Below, in pieces: positions 1-11,967 of a stretch of 64,000 bases of DNA (position 1 is the stretch's first letter; each line of letters starts with the position of its first letter). Location of the stretch: NCBI GenBank assembly GCA_964440505.1, contig CAYTSP010000257.1, positions 8,756 through 72,755 on the forward strand. The letters run 5' to 3'. Both the position numbers and the translations under genes were made by a program. Source of the DNA: an uncultured Nitrospinaceae bacterium (GTDB lineage Bacteria > UBA8248). The notes beneath the pieces are model-generated. The model did not search any database. It was not told the origin of the DNA and saw only the letters and a program-made list of their open reading frames with translations.

Positions 1-204
1 GAAGGCCACTGCACCCAAAATGGAGGAATTTCTCTTCACCTCTTCGGGTTCGGAGTCGAGTATCGTGCTGCCGGCATCGACCTTTCCTTGCCTGTCCGTG
101 TCGCCCGCGGTGAAGAGGCAGGCTTCCACGAGAGAAGTTTTTCCATTTCCTCCCTCTCCCACAAAAGCAACGTTACGGATTTTGTCTGTTTCATGAGCCG
201 CCAT
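1..204 (-). CDS. Elongation factor G family GTPase, 5' fragment (68 N-terminal residues; the rest lies outside the window)
   Basis: Reverse-complement of 1..204 translates MAAHETDKIRNVAFVGEGGNGKTSLVEACLFTAGDTDRQGKVDAGSTILDSEPEEVKRNSSIL. This has a G1/P-loop (GxxxxGKT) and the EF-G/EF-G2-like N-terminal pattern. ATG at 204..202. Confidence 0.6.
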   Translation of the reverse strand, partial: MAAHETDKIRNVAFVGEGGNGKTSLVEACLFTAGDTDRQGKVDAGSTILDSEPEEVKRNSSILGAVAF

Positions 205-420
205 CTACCTCAACTCCTCTGAAATCAGCCCTTTGGCAACATGACGTTTAGAAAGAGCCTTGCGCCCGACCTGATGATAAGTGCAAAAACATGTATTCCC
301 GAATCCTGCCACTCAAAGTTCGCTTTGTCAATCAGAATGAATTACTTGCAGGGCAACATTAAAGCTTGGTGTGAACTATAAAATTGCGCGTTCGCTCCAA
401 ACTCTCGAAAATCCTTGAAG

Positions 421-1788
421 TTATGGCCTTGCTCTTCCACTTCGTCTTCGGGGTGTGCTCGCCCCTCTCTGGCGGAAACTCACCCTAAGCGGCGTACCCT
501 CGAAATCAAACCGCTCTCTCAACCTGTTTTCCACGTACCTCCCATACTGCTGCACAGGGATCCGGCTTGCGAGACTCGCGAAGAGGATGACATGGGGCGG
601 AGCAACGCCGCTTTGCGTGGCATAATACACCTTGGGACGCCGCCCTCCCGGAACGGTGGGCGGAGGATGCGCGTGAACGATTTCCGCTATCGCGCGATTC
701 AATTGCCCGGTGGGAACACGCCTGAGGTGCGACTCATAGATCTTCTCTACCACATCGAAAACACGCTCGCACCTTTGCCCCGTCAGAGCGGAGACCGAAA
801 GAACCGGCGCGAAGTGGATGTGGACCAGCTTGTCCCTGATCTCGCGTACTTTCTCATCAAATGTTTTCCCCTCCTTCGCCAGGAGATCCCATTTATTCAA
901 CAATATCGCACAGGCGCGGCCAGATTCCTTGATGTGGCGGGCGATTTGCGCATCCATCGTCCTAGGGCCTTGCGTTGCGTCGATGAGAAGCAGAGCAATC
1001 TGGGCGCGCTCAATGCTGCGATAGGCCATAATCATGCTCACCGCCTCCACCTGGCGCTTGCCGATTTTCCCTCTTCTCCTGATGCCCGCCGTATCCACGA
1101 GACGATATGGTTTCTCCCCTCTTACGCACAGGGAATCCACCGGGTCCCGCGTCGTCCCCGGCACGGGACTCACCAGAGTCCGCTCACTTCCCAGAATCTG
1201 ATTCACAAAAGAGGATTTCCCCACATTCGGACGGCCAACGACGGCGATACGACGCTCATCCGTACCTTCAACTTCCTCGGTTCCGACTTCGTTCGAAGAA
1301 ATGCGTATCGCCTCATCCATCACATCGGATACGCCTGAGCCATGCTCCGCCGAAATGGGCCAAACCTCCCCAAGACCCAGTTGGTAAAAATCCCATTCTG
1401 TCTCACGCGTGCGCTTGGAATCCGATTTATTCAAAATGAGTAAAACCGGTTTATGCGAGACGCGGATCATTTGCGCAACTTCAAGGTCTCCGGGAAGAAG
1501 ACCTTCGATTCCGTCTACAAGAAATAAAACGACGTCACTTTCCTCGATGGCGGCTGCCGTCTGTTCCTGGATTTTCGGCAAGAACGGATCGCCTTCCGAT
1601 GCCGCGATGCCGCCCGTATCGACGGCGAGAAATGTCCTGCCATCCCATTCCCCCTCGCCGTAGCGCCTGTCCCGCGTGACACCCGGTTCCGCCTGCACAA
1701 TAGCGTCTCGTCTGCCGATGAGACGATTGAAGAACGTGGATTTCCCCACATTCGGACGCCCTACGATTACGAGTACGGGAGAAGGCAT
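421..1788 (-). CDS. der: Ribosome-associated GTPase Der/EngA (two tandem GTP-binding domains plus KH-like C-terminus)
   Basis: Two GRPNVGKS(T/S) P-loops, each followed by TRD and DTGG/DTAG motifs. 455 aa is typical for Der. Confidence 0.92.
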   Translation of the reverse strand: MPSPVLVIVGRPNVGKSTFFNRLIGRRDAIVQAEPGVTRDRRYGEGEWDGRTFLAVDTGGIAASEGDPFLPKIQEQTAAAIEESDVVLFLVDGIEGLLPGDLEVAQMIRVSHKPVLLILNKSDSKRTRETEWDFYQLGLGEVWPISAEHGSGVSDVMDEAIRISSNEVGTEEVEGTDERRIAVVGRPNVGKSSFVNQILGSERTLVSPVPGTTRDPVDSLCVRGEKPYRLVDTAGIRRRGKIGKRQVEAVSMIMAYRSIERAQIALLLIDATQGPRTMDAQIARHIKESGRACAILLNKWDLLAKEGKTFDEKVREIRDKLVHIHFAPVLSVSALTGQRCERVFDVVEKIYESHLRRVPTGQLNRAIAEIVHAHPPPTVPGGRRPKVYYATQSGVAPPHVILFASLASRIPVQQYGRYVENRLRERFDFEGTPLRVSFRQRGASTPRRRSGRARP

Positions 1789-1815
1789 GGAGGCGTTTCC
1801 AGATAAATACGGGAT

Positions 1816-3129
1816 TTAGCGTCTCAGGGCGCTCTTTCCGGCTTTTCCGGAGCCGACGCCCACAAACTTCATAATACCTCTTGCAATTCCTTCCGCAAGC
1901 GCCTGGCGATACTTGGGACTGCGCATCCGGCGCGCTTCCCGCCGGTTCGAGATGAATGCGACCTCGACCAAAATACTCGGCATCCGGGCGCCGAGCAGCA
2001 CGTAGAACGGGCCACGCTTCACGCCCAGATCGCGGATGCCGCGATAGCCCGGCCTCAGACGCCTAAGCATCGCCTGCTGAACCCGCTGCGCCAACTGCTG
2101 AGACTCCGTAACCTTCGACCTCAATCCCAGGTCGTTCAGTATCTTTTGTAAATCGGTCATGCGCGCAAGCGTCGTCCCGCTTTCTCTGGCCGCCAACCTG
2201 AGCGCCCTGCCCGATGAAGCCTCGCTCAACAGATAGGTTTCGATGCCGTGTATGTGCCGTGACCTCGCGCTGTTCGCATGAATCGACACGAAAATATCCG
2301 CGTCATGTTCATTGGCGAACGATGTCCTGTAGGGAAGAGAAATATATCTATCGGAAGTTCGGGTGAGATATATCCGGTTGCCGCGCCAGGCGCGCCTCAG
2401 TACCCGTCTGGTTCTAAGAGCGATGTCGAGAGCGACGCGTTTCTCTCTCAAGCCGGACAAGCCGACCGCGCCCGGATCCTTGCCCCCATGCCCCGGGTCA
2501 AGGACGATTCGACCCAGACCACGGCGAAATCTTTGAGCCAAATTCATATCGCGGCGCGCAAGTGCTTTTCGTCGAACGGGCGCCCTGAGCGCGTGGTCGG
2601 ATGATTTGGGTTCCGGGCGCTTGGGCTCTCCCTTTTGGGAGAGTTTCGAGATGCCCGTGCTTTTGGCCCATACGTCAACCACGATGCGCTGCGGACTCGG
2701 GAGGGTGAAGATCCGGTATTTGACGTCATCTTTTTTCGCGATATCAATCACGAGGCGCAGGCTGTTCTTGCGCGGCTTGCCGGACCTGAGGCGAGATACG
2801 ATGCTTTTTCCCGGAGAAAATTCAGGAATTTGAGCGCCCCTTGCGAGACGCCCGCGAGGGATGTCAAGGAAAATTCGCGTAGGCTTCTTCAAGACGCCTG
2901 ATTTGAAATCAAACGTTTCGCGGTCCAATATGAAGACGACCCGCGCATAACCCGGGGTGGAGAATTCCCGAATGCCGAGAATGCTCGCGCCCAAACCCCG
3001 CGCGCCAAGAGCACTCCCCTCACCTTGCACCCAGAAAACAAGCAAAAGAGCGAGAATGAGAAGTGAATTCCCCGGCAGCCTTTCTGTCCTGCTTGTCCTG
3101 CACGGCGTGGCGAACTGAATTCCGGCCAC
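1816..3129 (-). CDS. amiC: N-acetylmuramoyl-L-alanine amidase (AmiC-like, N-terminal AMIN domain plus Amidase_3 domain)
   Basis: Amidase_3 signature DPGHGGKDPGAVG...E...HANS. N-terminal signal/TM segment and AMIN-like repeat. Confidence 0.82.
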   Translation of the reverse strand: MAGIQFATPCRTSRTERLPGNSLLILALLLVFWVQGEGSALGARGLGASILGIREFSTPGYARVVFILDRETFDFKSGVLKKPTRIFLDIPRGRLARGAQIPEFSPGKSIVSRLRSGKPRKNSLRLVIDIAKKDDVKYRIFTLPSPQRIVVDVWAKSTGISKLSQKGEPKRPEPKSSDHALRAPVRRKALARRDMNLAQRFRRGLGRIVLDPGHGGKDPGAVGLSGLREKRVALDIALRTRRVLRRAWRGNRIYLTRTSDRYISLPYRTSFANEHDADIFVSIHANSARSRHIHGIETYLLSEASSGRALRLAARESGTTLARMTDLQKILNDLGLRSKVTESQQLAQRVQQAMLRRLRPGYRGIRDLGVKRGPFYVLLGARMPSILVEVAFISNRREARRMRSPKYRQALAEGIARGIMKFVGVGSGKAGKSALRR

Positions 3130-3174
3130 AGAAACTTCTCCCGTGGCGGGCGGCGTATGGGATGCGGAAATGCC

Positions 3175-4464
<1,290 letters not shown>

Positions 4465-4484
4465 TCATTCTGCGCTACGATATC

Positions 4485-5663
4485 TTACGCCCCGACGGCC
4501 GTCTTCAAATCGGCTGTCTTGTCTGTTTTCTCCCAGGTGAACTCAGGTTCACTCCGGCCAAAGTGTCCATAAGCCGCCGTGTTTTTGAAGATGGGGCGGC
4601 GCAAGTCGAGGTGTTCGATAATCTCCCTGGGCTTGAGACCGAAAACTTCACGGACGGCCCCTGAGAGGACATCCGGGTCCACGCGGCCCGTCCCGAAATC
4701 CTCGACCAATACGGAAACGGGGTCCGCCACGCCGATGGCATAGGCGAGTTGCACTTCCGCTATATCCGCGAGTCCTGCAGCAACGATGTTTTTAGCGATA
4801 TACCGCCCCATATAAGCGGCCGAGCGGTCCACCTTCGAGGGGTCTTTGCCTGAAAATGCGCCACCACCGTGCCTGCTGTATCCTCCATAAGTATCCACAA
4901 TGATTTTCCGACCCGTGAGTCCCGTGTCGCACATGGGGCCCCCAATGACGAAAAGTCCTGTCGGATTCACATAAAATTCAGTGCCCTCCGTCGTCATCTC
5001 TTCCGGGAGGATGGGGCGTATGACTTCGCGAATGATGTCTTCACGGATCTGCTCAAGCCCCACGTCCTCGGAATGCTGAGCGGAAATGACCACATTGTCG
5101 ATCGCCACGGGCTTGCCATCTTCATAGCGAACGGATACCTGGCTTTTGCTGTCGGGGCGCAGGTAGTCCAAGGCGCCACTTCTTCTCACTTCCGATGTCC
5201 TGCGAACCAGCTTGTGGGCCAGCATGATGGGAAGGGGCATCAATTCTTCGGATTCGCGGCAGGCGAACCCGAACATCATCCCCTGGTCGCCCGCACCCTG
5301 TTCCTGAAAAAGACCTTGTCCCTCCGATACCCCTTGATCGATGTTGGGCGATTGTTTGTCTATCGCCGTAACGACCGAACATGTGTTGCAATCAAAACCA
5401 TATGCCGAATTGTCATAGCCGATGTGCCGAATCGTCTCGCGCGCAATCTCACGCGCATCGTAATGGGCCGCCGTCGTTATCTCACCAGCCACGAAAACAA
5501 TGCCCGTCGTGATAAGCGTTTCACAAGCAACACGACCGTTGGGATCTTCTTGAAAAATAGCGTCCAAAACGGAATCGCTAATCTGATCTGCGATTTTGTC
5601 AGGATGTCCTTCCGAAACAGACTCGGAAGTAAAAATATAATTTCTTCCATGATTGGAACCCAT
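4485..5663 (-). CDS. metK: S-adenosylmethionine synthetase
   Basis: N-terminus [39 protein letters not shown] and C-terminal MetK motifs. Only 26 nt upstream of ahcY, so the two are probably co-transcribed. Confidence 0.95.
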   Translation of the reverse strand: MGSNHGRNYIFTSESVSEGHPDKIADQISDSVLDAIFQEDPNGRVACETLITTGIVFVAGEITTAAHYDAREIARETIRHIGYDNSAYGFDCNTCSVVTAIDKQSPNIDQGVSEGQGLFQEQGAGDQGMMFGFACRESEELMPLPIMLAHKLVRRTSEVRRSGALDYLRPDSKSQVSVRYEDGKPVAIDNVVISAQHSEDVGLEQIREDIIREVIRPILPEEMTTEGTEFYVNPTGLFVIGGPMCDTGLTGRKIIVDTYGGYSRHGGGAFSGKDPSKVDRSAAYMGRYIAKNIVAAGLADIAEVQLAYAIGVADPVSVLVEDFGTGRVDPDVLSGAVREVFGLKPREIIEHLDLRRPIFKNTAAYGHFGRSEPEFTWEKTDKTADLKTAVGA

Positions 5664-5961
5664 CTACAATCTCCCAGAAATTGGAGGTCGCCATCGAATC
5701 AGAAAAGAAAGCCTCGCTGGACTATATTCATTTTCTGGCGTCTTTTATCATTTCTTGAAATGGGACGGAAGCGCACGGGAAAAATGTTGATTTTTCGTAA
5801 AAACTACCTATGAGAAAGTTCCTGCGTTCAGGGCGGAAAGGAATAATTTTTTGCTCAATATATTTACATTAAGTATTTAATTATCAATGCGTTAACTAAT
5901 ATCTCCCATTATGCGCTTGAATGTTTTGCATTTTCCATATTCGGCGCATTCTTATTGAACT

Positions 5962-6243
5962 CTACTCCAACTCTCCAAAGCCAGTTCGAATCAAATCCGC
6001 CAATTCCACTACCGCTGCTTCTTCATCCGAACCATACGCGCTGATCAGGAGCTCCGAGCCGAAAGTCGCGGCAAGCATCATGACGCCCATGATACTTTTC
6101 CCATCTACCTCCATATCTCGGAATCGCACAAAAATTTCGCTATCGAATTTGCTCGATAACCTGACGAATTCAGCCGCTGCCCTGGCATGAAGCCCCATTT
6201 GATTGATGATGCTGACTGTTTGTTCCGCCATGACGGCGTTCAT
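5962..6243 (-). CDS. ptsH: Phosphocarrier protein HPr
   Basis: 93 aa. Active-site region GLHARAAAEFV (His15 context) and regulatory Ser region GKSIMGVMML. 4-nt overlap with the upstream EIIA gene. Confidence 0.85.
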   Translation of the reverse strand: MNAVMAEQTVSIINQMGLHARAAAEFVRLSSKFDSEIFVRFRDMEVDGKSIMGVMMLAATFGSELLISAYGSDEEAAVVELADLIRTGFGELE

Positions 6244-6662
6244 TCCTCCTTAGCTGGCCGTTGTTTTACTGAATTGATCATTTCACTCGGCTGGGCCAGG
6301 TTCCGCCTTCCATACTCTACTAAAAAACGCGCCGCTTCGGAGACAGTCTTCCCCTTAATAAACGACAGCTTCAAGAGCATCGGCAAATTCACTCCCGTCA
6401 CCACCTCTACTCCGGGATGATTCAGCATGGCGATAGCCGCATTCGTTGGAGCGCCTCCCATCATATCCGTCATAATAATCACCCCCTCACCCGATTCCAC
6501 CTCTGCAACCGCTTTTTCTATTTTTTCCGTAAAACCGGCAGGGTCGGCGTCTGGCTGCAAAGAGAGCGCCTTCATTTGAGTTGCACCTGACAAGACGGAC
6601 TCGGCTGCGTGCAACAACGCATCCGGATAATCTCCATGGCCAACGATCACCAAACCAATCAT
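6240..6662 (-). CDS. PTS EIIA component, mannose/fructose family (probably a regulatory PTS)
   Basis: N-terminus MIGLVIVGHGDYPDAL is typical of EIIA-Man with the phospho-His in the GHG context. Sits between hprK and ptsH, as in proteobacterial regulatory PTS clusters. Confidence 0.78.
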   Translation of the reverse strand: MIGLVIVGHGDYPDALLHAAESVLSGATQMKALSLQPDADPAGFTEKIEKAVAEVESGEGVIIMTDMMGGAPTNAAIAMLNHPGVEVVTGVNLPMLLKLSFIKGKTVSEAARFLVEYGRRNLAQPSEMINSVKQRPAKEE

Positions 6663-6688
6663 GCGAAACCTCTTATTCCCTTCGCTTT

Positions 6689-7651
6689 CTAGCCCGTCGA
6701 CTCGAGCGCAATCCGGGCGGAGAGCGTGCGGCTGAATTCTTCTGCGGAGAAATAACCCATTCGTTGCAGTAACAGGTTCCTGGCAGCCACTTCGATCAGC
6801 GTGGGGATATTCCTCCCTGGCGCAACTGGGATTTTCACGTGCGGCAGGTATTTATCCAATAGTTTTTGAGTCTCGATGTCGATTCCGAGGCGCTCGAAAG
6901 GCAAATCCGGACTCCAGGGAATCAACTCCACGATGATGTCGACATTTTTTTCATATCGAATCGCCACGACGCCAAAGAGGTCTTTCAGATTCAGTATTCC
7001 AAGCCCCCTCACCTCGATATGATGTTTGAGCAGTTCCGTACTTTTTCCAACCAGCTCATTCCCGCGCAACTGGATATCGACCACATCGTCGGCGACGAGT
7101 CGATGTCCCCGCGTGACGAGATGGAGCGCGCACTCGCTTTTTCCGATGCCGCTTTTCCCCTGAATCAGCACACCGACGCCATACAAATCAACAAGGACGC
7201 CGTGCAACCTGGCATGCTGCGAGAGGTGCTCTTCGAGATATCCCGATAATTTCGGTATCAGATCCTTGCCAGGCAAGCTCGATAGTATAATCGGCACACC
7301 GGAACGCTCGGATGCCTCTTTGATGCTCGGAAAAATATGCTTGCCTCCCGTAACCAGTACGGCGCACAGGGGCAAACGAAAGTATTTGCGCACCGCCTCT
7401 ATTCTCTCCTCCTCCATCAGGTCATCCAAGAAACCGACCTCGGTGCTCCCCCATACCTGGATCCTATCCGGGTGCACAGCTTTCAAGAATCCGGCAAGAG
7501 GCAAGCCATTTTTCTGAAAGTGGGTATGGTTAATCCAGCGCCCCATGCCAGATTCGCCCGAGAGTATGGATAACTTCAACTCTTCCCGCAGATCTTCATA
7601 CAATTGAGATACCGAGAGCTTGCTCATCACGTCCCTCGACACTTGACGCAT
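6689..7651 (-). CDS. hprK: HPr kinase/phosphorylase
   Basis: Walker A GKSGIGKSE, the HprK C-terminal kinase domain and LVADD motif. 320 aa. Confidence 0.9.
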   Translation of the reverse strand: MRQVSRDVMSKLSVSQLYEDLREELKLSILSGESGMGRWINHTHFQKNGLPLAGFLKAVHPDRIQVWGSTEVGFLDDLMEEERIEAVRKYFRLPLCAVLVTGGKHIFPSIKEASERSGVPIILSSLPGKDLIPKLSGYLEEHLSQHARLHGVLVDLYGVGVLIQGKSGIGKSECALHLVTRGHRLVADDVVDIQLRGNELVGKSTELLKHHIEVRGLGILNLKDLFGVVAIRYEKNVDIIVELIPWSPDLPFERLGIDIETQKLLDKYLPHVKIPVAPGRNIPTLIEVAARNLLLQRMGYFSAEEFSRTLSARIALESTG

Positions 7652-7882
7652 CCAAGAGATTCAAAGTCCGTTCCGGGAGACGCGAATGAACATCCGGACC
7701 GAAACCTCCGAGACGCCATATCGCGAACCGGGAAATGGAACGACCAATTTCTTTGGATGATAACAAACATCCTTGATATTTCCAGAAAAACCAAATGCCC
7801 CTGGAGACTCTTGACCCACTCCTATGAGCCACGTTGTGCATAGATACGAAATACGAGTCAATACATAAGCCGCTTCAGAGTG

Positions 7883-9346
7883 TCATTGACGCATTTTGCG
7901 CCTTTTGCCAGCGGGAGAGATGCGCAGTGCTTTGCGGTATTTCGTCACTGTCCGCCTCGCTATCGCCACGTTATCCTGCTTGAGCCTCTCCACAATTTGC
8001 TGGTCGGTGAGCGGCTTCTCCGGGTTTTCCTGTTCCACGATTTTCTTGATTGTTTCTTTTACAGCTACCGAAGAGGCGCTCTTCCCCATTCCAGATTCCA
8101 ACCCGCTGTGGAAAAAATACTTGAGGCTTAAAACACCCTGCGGCGTATCCATATACTTGCCCGTCGTAGCACGACTCACGGTCGATTCGTGCATCCCGAT
8201 ATCCAGCGCCACATCTCTCAAAATCAGGGGCCTCAGGCGACTCACGCCATGGTCCAAAAAATCCCTTTGGAAACGCACTATGCTTCGGCAAATTTTGAGA
8301 ATCGTCTGCCTTCTCTGCTCTATGCTCTTGACGAACCAGGCAGCCGCCCTGAGCCTCTCATCCAAATATTTCCTTGTATCGGGGGAGGTTCCCGCTTTGT
8401 CGGCCGCCATGGCCGCATAAAGAGAATTCACACGCAGGAGCGGCAGTCCATCGTCATTGAGTGCCACCTCATAATCATCTCCCCTTTTGGTGACGCTCAC
8501 GTCCGGGGCCACTACCTCCACCCTTTGTTCGGAAAAACGCAATCCAGGGCAAGGATCCAGACTTCGAATGATGTGGACAGCCCGAATGATGTCGTCCACA
8601 TCGACACCGTTAACCTTGGCGAGTTTCGCATATTGGCGCTCACCTATCTTCTCAATGTCTTCAAGCACCAGGTCTCGCGCCAAATCCACGAAAGAGGTAT
8701 TTCCGTTTATAGATAAGTCAATATTCTTCAATTGTATAAGAAGGCATTCTTGAAGTGTTCTCGCAGCAATGCCCGGCGGGTTGAAACCTTGCACCAAAGC
8801 CAGTGCCCTATCAGCCTCAAGTGGCCCCAGGCCCATGCCCGCCGCCAACTCCTCCACATCAACGTCCAGATAACCCTCGTCATTTACATTCCAAATAATT
8901 TGCTCGGCAACCCTTGCTACCGGTTCAGGGACCACCGAAAGACTCAATTGCCATACCAGGTGCTCATGCAGCGTATCGGAGCGCGCCAAGGTCTGCTCAT
9001 AAGAGGGGAACTCATCTTCGAAGGTTGGAGGCGAGAAATCATTATAATTGTCCTGCACGATGTTTTCCCAATCGATTTCCACTTCGCCTCTTTCATCATT
9101 TTGACTCTCGGGAACATCGTCTCTCAATTCCGGCATCTCGCCATCAGCTACTTCTTGCACTTCATCCTGAATTTCTTCCAGCAAGGGATTGTTCAGCATT
9201 TCCTGCTGAACAGCTTGCTGCATTTCCGTGCGGTTCAGAGGCAAAAGGCCAATCGCCTGCCGCAACATGGCGGTCATGACGAGGCGCTGCTCCCCCCTCA
9301 TCGCCATCTTATGCTGCAAAGCCATCTTTATTCCCCTTGCCTTCAA
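7883..9346 (-). CDS. rpoN: RNA polymerase sigma-54 factor
   Basis: C-terminal RpoN box ARRTVTKYR and HTH. N-terminal Gln-rich region I. 487 aa. Immediately downstream of lptB, the conserved arrangement. Confidence 0.93.
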   Translation of the reverse strand: MKARGIKMALQHKMAMRGEQRLVMTAMLRQAIGLLPLNRTEMQQAVQQEMLNNPLLEEIQDEVQEVADGEMPELRDDVPESQNDERGEVEIDWENIVQDNYNDFSPPTFEDEFPSYEQTLARSDTLHEHLVWQLSLSVVPEPVARVAEQIIWNVNDEGYLDVDVEELAAGMGLGPLEADRALALVQGFNPPGIAARTLQECLLIQLKNIDLSINGNTSFVDLARDLVLEDIEKIGERQYAKLAKVNGVDVDDIIRAVHIIRSLDPCPGLRFSEQRVEVVAPDVSVTKRGDDYEVALNDDGLPLLRVNSLYAAMAADKAGTSPDTRKYLDERLRAAAWFVKSIEQRRQTILKICRSIVRFQRDFLDHGVSRLRPLILRDVALDIGMHESTVSRATTGKYMDTPQGVLSLKYFFHSGLESGMGKSASSVAVKETIKKIVEQENPEKPLTDQQIVERLKQDNVAIARRTVTKYRKALRISPAGKRRKMRQ

Positions 9347-10107
9347 AGACGAAATTTTTCGCCCAGATAAACATCCCGAGCCTTGTCGCTCGAAGCGATT
9401 TCCTCCGGGGCACCGGACTCGAGTATCCGCCCCTCATTGATGATGTATATCCTGTCGGATATTTGAAAGGCCTCGCGTACATTGTGGTCCGTGATGATGA
9501 CCCCGATTCCACGAGCTTTCAGGCCCGCTACAATATCCTGGATATCGTGAACCACAATGGGATCAATGCCGGCGAAAGGCTCATCAAGGAGCATAAAAGC
9601 GGGATTTGTGGCCAATGCCCGAGCAATTTCTACACGCCTTCTTTCACCGCCGGAGAGAGCATAGCCTTTCACGGATTGAATGTGCTCGATATCCAGATCC
9701 TCCAGAATCTCGTTCAATCGCCTCTCGCGCTGGTTTGAATCACGGGAAACCAATTCAAGGACCGCCATGATGTTTTGCCTCACCGAAAGGCGACGAAACA
9801 CAGACGCCTCCTGCGGCAAATAACTAATTCCCTGCTTGGCACGCATATACATGGGCTGGCCGGTGATTTCCCTGCCATTCAAAAAAATCTCCCCCGCATC
9901 TGGAACGATCAGCCCCACAATCATATAAAATATCGTCGTCTTGCCGGCCCCGTTTGGTCCAAGCAGGCCCACGATTTCGCCGGGCTGCACTTCGAGATCC
10001 ACACCGGAGACGACTCTTCGGCCAGAATAGCTTTTCGTCAATCCGGTTGCGCGAACAGAAACAGCACCCGTGCGTCGTATAGCATTGCCATCGGTTCGCG
10101 TAGCCAT
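9343..10107 (-). CDS. lptB: LPS export ABC transporter ATP-binding protein LptB
   Basis: Walker [13 protein letters not shown] signature [15 protein letters not shown], Walker [11 protein letters not shown]. The ORF track extends to 10188, but the conserved N-terminus begins near MATRT, so the start is placed at about 10107 to avoid overlapping lptA. Confidence 0.88.
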   Translation of the reverse strand: MATRTDGNAIRRTGAVSVRATGLTKSYSGRRVVSGVDLEVQPGEIVGLLGPNGAGKTTIFYMIVGLIVPDAGEIFLNGREITGQPMYMRAKQGISYLPQEASVFRRLSVRQNIMAVLELVSRDSNQRERRLNEILEDLDIEHIQSVKGYALSGGERRRVEIARALATNPAFMLLDEPFAGIDPIVVHDIQDIVAGLKARGIGVIITDHNVREAFQISDRIYIINEGRILESGAPEEIASSDKARDVYLGEKFRL

Positions 10108-10111
10108 GAGC

Positions 10112-10705
10112 CTAATTGGATTTTTTACGGCGGGGTGTCTCGCTGGAAGGAAAAAGGGTGACACTGACTCTCCGGCGAGGTGAGCCATGAACTATTGTTT
10201 TGTCCTCTTTCAAATTCAACTCTATTTTGGCGCCGACCAACTGATTCTTTCCTTCCCACACACGAGGACTGCCTGTCAAAACAGCGATGCCGGTAGAGTC
10301 TCGATATTCAAGCCGAGCAGCAGTGGCGAACCTCCTTTTTGCCTGATCCATCCTCACGTTTCCGGTGGCCACAATTCTATCGACTTCCCCTGCATCGTCT
10401 TTGGAATTCGGCCTGCGCTTCGAGCCCGGTCGTTTGGCTTTCAGTGTATATACTTCGAGGCGATTCGCCTTTATGTGCATGTTTCCCTGGTTCGCCTTTA
10501 CATCTCCGATGAACACGATGAGATTCTTCCGGCTGTTCACTTCCATCTTATCGGAGGTAATGTGGATGGGGGCCTTGCGGTCTAACCGGCTTTGCTTGTT
10601 TTTCTGCTGTGCAAATGAGTTAGCGCCGCTCCATAATAAAAAGACCAGGCAAGACCCCAAAGCAATGGGGCCGAGGCGCTTCAGGCGGAAGTTTTTCGGT
10701 TTCAA
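10112..10705 (-). CDS. lptA: LPS transport periplasmic protein LptA (OstA-like)
   Basis: Signal peptide, then an OstA_N-like beta-jellyroll sequence. Located between lptC and lptB. Confidence 0.72.
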   Translation of the reverse strand: MKPKNFRLKRLGPIALGSCLVFLLWSGANSFAQQKNKQSRLDRKAPIHITSDKMEVNSRKNLIVFIGDVKANQGNMHIKANRLEVYTLKAKRPGSKRRPNSKDDAGEVDRIVATGNVRMDQAKRRFATAARLEYRDSTGIAVLTGSPRVWEGKNQLVGAKIELNLKEDKTIVHGSPRRRVSVTLFPSSETPRRKKSN

Positions 10706-10740
10706 AACAGCCCTCCATTCGGGATCGGCCGTATATTCCC

Positions 10741-11352
10741 CTAGTTGGCACGAATTGGTTTATTTCCTCTTTCTTGCTTGAGGAAATCCTCTCTCGCACC
10801 GTATATCGTAGCGCTAACTTTCTCCTTCAGTTTATAATTTCCCAGATCGGTTTGCCCTTGCAGGCCGGTACCAACCAGACGAAAACGAGACCCCTCCATC
10901 AAAACCCGCGAATCCGTATCGATACGTTTTTCTTTTGAGCGAAAATACAAAGAGTCTGTTTTCATTGAAACGCCATTCGACGCCAGGATGGTGACATTGC
11001 CGCTGATCCTGATGTTTCGACTCTCGTTCTGCATGGTACCTTCCTGAGCAATCACATGCGCCGGCTCACCTTCTTTCGGATAAAACCGAAGCTTCAGATT
11101 CTTCAGAATGGTCAAACCTTTTTGACGGTACACCTTTGCGGAGTCCGCCCATAACTCCCATTCCCTGACGCCTTTCGTGTTTTGAACAACATGCACTTTG
11201 TCTATATTAACGTCTGCATCCGAGTCGGTGAGCGAAATTTTGCCCACATCAAGATAATGACTCGAAGAACCCACGATGAAATAGGCAATAGTACCGCCAA
11301 TCGCGAGCAGAAAGCCCAGCAACACCATTCTCAGCATCTTACGGAAAAGCAT
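10741..11352 (-). CDS. lptC: LPS export system protein LptC
   Basis: Single N-terminal TM helix plus LptC-like periplasmic domain, 203 aa. Immediately upstream of lptA/lptB. Confidence 0.7.
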   Translation of the reverse strand: MLFRKMLRMVLLGFLLAIGGTIAYFIVGSSSHYLDVGKISLTDSDADVNIDKVHVVQNTKGVREWELWADSAKVYRQKGLTILKNLKLRFYPKEGEPAHVIAQEGTMQNESRNIRISGNVTILASNGVSMKTDSLYFRSKEKRIDTDSRVLMEGSRFRLVGTGLQGQTDLGNYKLKEKVSATIYGAREDFLKQERGNKPIRAN

Positions 11353-11540
11353 CGCAAACCTTCTGAAACACAGGCGGTATTCAACGTCAAAACATGCTAC
11401 GTCTGCGATAAAAATTCATCCCCCCAGAACCACGAAATTTATCTTCCCGCTCCGGTTATCCTCTTGCATCAAAATACATATGCAAAAATAATGCCCTGTT
11501 AGATTGCCACCCTTTCCTTTCTTTGTAAAGAAGAATTATT

Positions 11541-11954
11541 TCATGGCCGGGAAATGTATAAGCGTCGACTGTTATCTCCCACAATCTCAAATTTGACGTG
11601 AGTCAATAAAGAGAAGCGCCATTTTTCCACATGGTTAGGCCACTCGATCAACACAAAATCGCTATCGCCTATATGATCCCATAAACCCATTTCCTTGAGG
11701 TCTGAATCCTTCGGGAGTCGATACAGGTCGATGTGGTGTACGGGTGGTATTGTCGGATAGTGGTGAATATAAACAAAAGTGGGACTTCTAACAGTTCGCC
11801 CCTCTCCGCCGGACATCGATTCGATAAAACCTTTGGCAAAGACCGTCTTTCCGGTGCCTAAATCACCATCGAGCAAAATGACCTCGCCGGGTCTCGATAC
11901 TTTTGCCAAACGAGCACCCAACTCGGCCGTTTGCTCAACCGAATCGCTTTGCAT
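11541..11954 (-). CDS. tsaE: tRNA threonylcarbamoyladenosine biosynthesis protein TsaE
   Basis: P-loop LLDGDLGTGKTVFAKG and the conserved TsaE C-terminus. The ORF track extends to 12254 with a non-homologous N-terminal extension that overlaps nnr. The internal Met (MQSDSVEQ) gives a typical 138-aa TsaE. Confidence 0.78.
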   Translation of the reverse strand: MQSDSVEQTAELGARLAKVSRPGEVILLDGDLGTGKTVFAKGFIESMSGGEGRTVRSPTFVYIHHYPTIPPVHHIDLYRLPKDSDLKEMGLWDHIGDSDFVLIEWPNHVEKWRFSLLTHVKFEIVGDNSRRLYISRP

Positions 11955-11967
11955 CTGAAAAGGAAGT

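Noticed and set aside
415-1338. 307-aa plus-strand ORF
   Set aside because: It lies entirely antisense to the well-supported der gene, has no recognisable domain, and shows the Arg/Pro/Gly-rich composition typical of GC-rich antisense frames.
5664-5961. SAM-I/SAM-II or SAH riboswitch in the metK leader
   Set aside because: I could not find the conserved SAM-I elements (GAGGGA, GGCCC, UGAAACC, GCAACC), the SAH elements (CCGAGGAGCGCUGC, GGCUCAGG), or a SAM-II pseudoknot (AAAGCU). It is kept only as a candidate leader in the findings.
7652-7882. Hidden hpf (ribosome hibernation factor) gene between rpoN and hprK
   Set aside because: The only ORF there (7661..7861, 66 aa) has no similarity to Hpf/YfiA and is Ser/Gly/Val-rich filler. 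The gap is treated as intergenic.
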